DNA of 64,000 nucleotides from Motiliproteus sp. (GTDB taxonomy: Bacteria > Pseudomonadota > Gammaproteobacteria > Pseudomonadales > Balneatricaceae). Below, piece after piece: positions 60,119-64,000 of this stretch (the stretch's first letter is position 1; every line of letters begins with the position of its first letter). Position numbers and translations under genes: made by a program. The DNA is taken from assembly GCA_036960175.1 (NCBI GenBank), contig JBALWH010000007.1:23462-87461 (forward strand), in the 5' to 3' direction. A model generated the notes under the pieces. That model was not told the origin of the DNA and did not search any database. It was given only the letters and a program-made list of their open reading frames with translations.

Positions 60119-60412
60119 TGACAGTTGTTCGTCTTAAAAGAGCCTGTATAACAAATGCATATGGGTTTTTATTGTTGGCTGGTTTGATGCTCGGGCGGAT
60201 TTTTGCCGATGCTCTTCGGTTGAATAGGCAATTCACGGCTCATTAGGCTAAAGTTTTATCTTGGCAGGTGGTTTTCATCCTGTGTCGCCGATTGCAGTGC
60301 CATAATTGTGTGGTTTAGTAACCCAAGTAGGCGCTTTTTTGCCGATGGCTGTATTTCTCGGCACCGTCAACAACAAAGCAGAGACAATCAATATAGTTAG
60401 GAGATAGCCTTT

Positions 60413-60955
60413 ATGGCCCTGATCGAATCTCGAATGATGCCCTTGGGTACCAAGGCACCGAATTTTACCTTGCCGGCTCCTGACGATGGCAGGGAATATT
60501 CTTTAGACAGCCTGCGGGGTAAGAAGGGAACTCTGGTTATGTTTATCTGCAACCACTGTCCCTATGTGAAACATATTGAATCTAAATTGGTAGATCTTGG
60601 TGGGCGGTTTCAAAACACGGGTGTCAGTATTGTCGCCATCAGCGCCAACGATGCAGACACCCATCCTCAGGATGGCCCAGAACAGATGGCGGCAAAGAAC
60701 TATCCCTTCCCCTATCTCTATGATCAGAGCCAGCAGGTCGCGAAAACCTATGGCGCAGAGTGCACGCCGGATTTTTTCCTGTTTGGGGCTGATCTGGGTT
60801 GTGTCTATCGCGGCCAGTTTGATAGTTCACGTCCGGGTAACGATATCCCCGTCAGCGGAGATGATCTGGTCGCCGCCATGGATGCACTGCTTAATCAAAC
60901 AGCCGTGAGTTCCGATCAGAAACCCAGTATCGGCTGTAATATTAAGTGGCGCTGA
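60413..60955 (+). CDS. Thioredoxin/AhpC-TSA family protein
   Basis: FICNHCPYV, AECTPDFF, PSIGCNIKW. Confidence 0.92.
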   Translation: MALIESRMMPLGTKAPNFTLPAPDDGREYSLDSLRGKKGTLVMFICNHCPYVKHIESKLVDLGGRFQNTGVSIVAISANDADTHPQDGPEQMAAKNYPFPYLYDQSQQVAKTYGAECTPDFFLFGADLGCVYRGQFDSSRPGNDIPVSGDDLVAAMDALLNQTAVSSDQKPSIGCNIKWR

Positions 60956-61048
60956 GGTTTTTTATTGAATTTATCGTCCAGCTTGTTGCTAGAGTTATCG
61001 GTGTAAGCTTTCTTTCAGAATGTAGGTATTTAGCTTATTCGGAGGGGC

Positions 61049-61234
61049 TTAGGAGCGACGCTTCCAAAGATTGTCGTCTTTCTTGCGACGACCATCATTG
61101 TGTCGGCGATTGTCTTTGCTAGGTTCGTAACGAATGTCCTCGCGGCGGTCTTCCTTGGAACGCCGGTCCTTGCCGTCACGATGTTCACAGCCGTCCCAGC
61201 TTATTTCCCCTTCTTTTCGAGCATCGTTCTTCAC
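61049..61234 (-). CDS. Small charged protein with repeated DRR motifs
   Basis: GGAGG RBS before GTG; DRRSKEDRREDIR...DNRR...GRRK. Confidence 0.6.
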   Translation of the reverse strand: MKNDARKEGEISWDGCEHRDGKDRRSKEDRREDIRYEPSKDNRRHNDGRRKKDDNLWKRRS

Positions 61235-61349
61235 GATGGCACCTCCCTATCGTCGTCAATTTAAATAGAAAGTGACAATGAAAGTATAGAGAATTATCTT
61301 AGCATCGTGGGTTTTGGAGTGATTAAAGTATGTCGGGCGCAATCATCTG

Positions 61350-63271
61350 TTAGCGACCTATGATGCCGCCGTTGTCGCGGCTGATCGCCATGACGCTGGA
61401 GCGTGGCTTACTATTCTCTCCTGCCGGGAAATGAGACGGCTGTGATCTCTCTCCTGGATGCTGGATGCCGATAAACATAGTTCGGTAGTCGGAGCTGAAG
61501 CACAGGCCGGTGATTTCGCAGGCGACGGGGCCGGTGAGAAAACGCCTGACTTCGCCGGTGGTTGGATCACTGCAGAGCATCTGGTTGTTGCCCATGCCAG
61601 CAAAATCACCTTTGTTGGAATAGTTGCCATCGGTCTGAATCCATAGCCTGCCTTCCGCATCAAACCCTATCCCGTCCGGGCTATTGAACATATTGTCGCG
61701 CTTGATGTTGTCACTGCCAGCGTAAAGCGTGTCTTTATGCACTTCAGGATTACCGGCAAGCAGATACAGATCCCAGTTGAAATGCTTGCTGCGATGGTCA
61801 CCGTTACGGGGCATCCAGCGAACGATCTGGCCGTAGTTGTTGTTGGCCCGTGGATTTACGCCGTTTAGCGGTTGGTTGTACTTGACGCCTCTAGCCATAT
61901 TGTTAGTAAGAGTGCAGTACACCTGAGTACCGCTGGGATGCACTGCCACCCATTCCGGGCGATCCATGCTGGTGGCTCCCACCTGAGTGGCGGCGCGGCG
62001 AATAAAGGTCAGTACTTCGGCCTGATCAGCAAAACCGTTTTTTGCGGTTAAACCGTTTTTTCCATGACTGAGTTCCAGCCATTGACCGTTACCCTTAAGC
62101 TCGCCGTCTTTGGCGTCAAAACGAGCGACATAGAGGCTGCCTTCAGCGAGTAGTTCTCTATTGATATGGCTGTTGTTGGGATCAAAGCGTCTTTCGGAGA
62201 CAAACTTATATAGATGCTCGCCACCCTCATCGTCACCCATATAGATCACCACGTGACCGTCCTCATTTAGAGTGAGGGCGGCATTTTCATGTTTGAAACG
62301 GCCCAGAGCGGTCCGCTTTTTGGGAATGGAATCAGGGTTCAGAGGGTCGATCTCGACCACCCAGCCAAAACGATTGGCTTCGTTGGGATTCTTGGCCAGG
62401 TCGAAACGGGAGTCGAACTGATGCCAGTGGGCGCGGCTGTTGCTGCCAATGCCGTAACGCTGCTGATTGGGGTCCGGGCTAAAACTGTCGTCACTGCCAA
62501 AATAGCCGTTAAAGTTTTCTTCACAGGTCAGGTAGGTGCCCCAGGGGGTCTGGCTGTTGGCACAGTTGCTAAAGGTGCCATAGACGCTGCGGCCTTCTGG
62601 ATCAGCACGGGTTTTTACCAGCTCATGTCCCGCCACCGGACCGCTCAGCTGCATTGGGGTGTTGGCGGTAATGCGGCGATTGTAAGGGGAATCGATAACC
62701 ACAGACCAACTCGAGCCCTGTTTTTTAATTTCAACAATGGAAACACCCTGAGCGGCCTGGGCTTTTTCAACCTCTTCCTGATTCTGCGGTTTGCCGCCAT
62801 GCTGGAACAGCTGCTGGTAACTGCTGTACTCGTTTTGATCGCCAGCACCGCGCGATTTTCAGACAGCGGAAACAGGCTCATGCCATCATTGTTATCACCA
62901 AATTGCAGGCGCTGACTGGCGGAGCTGCCGTTGCCGCTGGGATCGAATGCGGGTGCCTCCGAAAACAGTGGGTCACCCCAGGATATCAATGGCTCGGCAC
63001 GGTAGCCCTTAGGCACGATGACCTGGTCTGCGGTGCTGGCCGCAACGGGTTTAAATCCCATCAACGGCAGAGGTGTTTGATCGGTTGCGGTTGCGGCCAT
63101 TAGCTTGTCGACTGGATTCGATGCCAGAAACGCGGCAAGGCCAGCTCCTAGCGCCGCAGTACGGGTCACAAACTGGCGACGACTCATGGCGTTATCAATC
63201 AGGCGGCTGAAGTCAGAGGTGCTGTCGATGTGATTAGCAGGGTGCTTGGGTTTGAACTCATGGCTGGCCAT
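61350..63271 (-). pseudogene. phoX: PhoX-family alkaline phosphatase interrupted by a 1-nt frameshift at about 62833-62836
   Basis: Tat motif SRRQF, GDNNDGM, TPWGTYLTCEEN, GRFKHEN, MDRPEW, SPDG, QHPG. Minus strand ATC AA AAC GAG TAC: restoring one base gives an open frame through NEY...AAQGVSIVE into the downstream ORF. Confidence 0.85.
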
Positions 63272-63492
63272 CGTTTGTTTTCCTGCTGTGACGTCTGCTG
63301 GCTTGGCGTGAAACCTTATGGTTAGAACTCTAGTTTAGGATGTCATTGTTGGACTCTAATTTAAAATCAATGGCGGTTTGATTTCAGCTCCGTGACGATG
63401 CTGACATTTATCAAATTTAAAAGCTGGTTACCTATTGACCGATAAAGCTGATTCGCGTTCTAATGATCCGGTCCTGTTTGGGCACTTATATT

Positions 63493-63650
63493 AATAATCA
63501 CAGCACGAACTGATATTGCCACTATGCAAACACTGTTTATGACATGCACACACCGAACTTACGCACCCAAATCGAACTGGGTACGAATTTGTGCCTGTCC
63601 GTGCGCCCGGTGATTATTTAAACCTACTGGCCGCGGATCCCCTCGCGGCC
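63493..63650 (+). ncRNA. Candidate structured RNA or leader upstream of the DUF1127 gene
   Basis: Four nested inverted repeats plus a GC hairpin, found by eye; no expression evidence. Confidence 0.3.
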
Positions 63651-63715
63651 TGAGTAAGAAATTCCAAAAAACTCCTCCCGCGATTTGATCCCCGGCCTTC
63701 TATCGGAGATTGACC

Positions 63716-63967
63716 ATGACTTTAATAAGCTTGTTTAAAACTGCCTTTGATCGCAGCCGTGCCGTTCATGCCGAGGGAGCGCTGTACCATAAACTCAGCG
63801 GGCTTGACGCTTACCTGTTGGAAGATATGGGTCTTAAGCTGGAAGGCGGACGTGTTTTATCCACTCGCCAGGCGCCTTTAGTATCCTCTTTTGAGAATGC
63901 TGCCGAGGAAACGGCTGCATTGGCTGAGAAGCACTACCAGACTGAACTTAAGGGAGCCGGGGGGTAG
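63716..63967 (+). CDS. DUF1127 (YjiS-like) small protein
   Basis: KLSGLDAYLLEDMGL motif; GGAGA RBS before ATG 63716. Confidence 0.75.
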   Translation: MTLISLFKTAFDRSRAVHAEGALYHKLSGLDAYLLEDMGLKLEGGRVLSTRQAPLVSSFENAAEETAALAEKHYQTELKGAGG

Positions 63968-64000
63968 TCGGGTCGCCGCCCAGGGAGTGGTGCCGGCGAC

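Noticed and set aside
60290-60348. Second sigma54 site (TGGCAC, minus) and a sigma28-like GCCGATGG near the thioredoxin gene
   Set aside because: No TTGC at the right spacing for sigma54, and a poor -35 for sigma28.
63380-63420. Pho box upstream of phoX
   Set aside because: The GTCA repeats on the minus strand are 9 bp apart rather than 11, so it is not supported.

Overview
Gammaproteobacterial chromosomal segment; a marine, Oceanospirillales-like origin is inferred from gene content only. 1-12.1 kb: the 5' end of a cytochrome P460-family gene missed by the ORF track, an AraC regulator, and a Pseudomonas-like alcohol-oxidation/NO regulatory cluster (ercA-ercS, an ABC transporter, agmR/erbR, nosP-nahK). 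12.4-12.9 kb: four tRNAs (Ser, Asn, Lys, Lys). 13-18.6 kb: a stand-alone NIT protein behind a sigma54 promoter, greB, a sigma28-driven orphan, an rlmA-like gene and dapE. 18.7-34.5 kb: the conserved yhbY/rlmE-ftsH-folP-glmM-tpiA-secG-tRNA-Leu-rimP-nusA-infB-rbfA-truB-rpsO-pnp block. 34.7-64 kb: accessory genes, including a vWA-kinase-regulator operon, an M48 protease, a sigma28-driven Ca-binding orphan, long-form ilvC with an IlvY-like operator but no adjacent ilvY, modF, a divergent patatin, a cupredoxin lipoprotein, a second EF-G, a sigma54-driven MCP plus orphan binding protein, a frameshifted phoX, and a possible structured RNA before a DUF1127 gene. I saw no CRISPR array, integrase or transposase. 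Family assignments come from motif recognition, not database searches.
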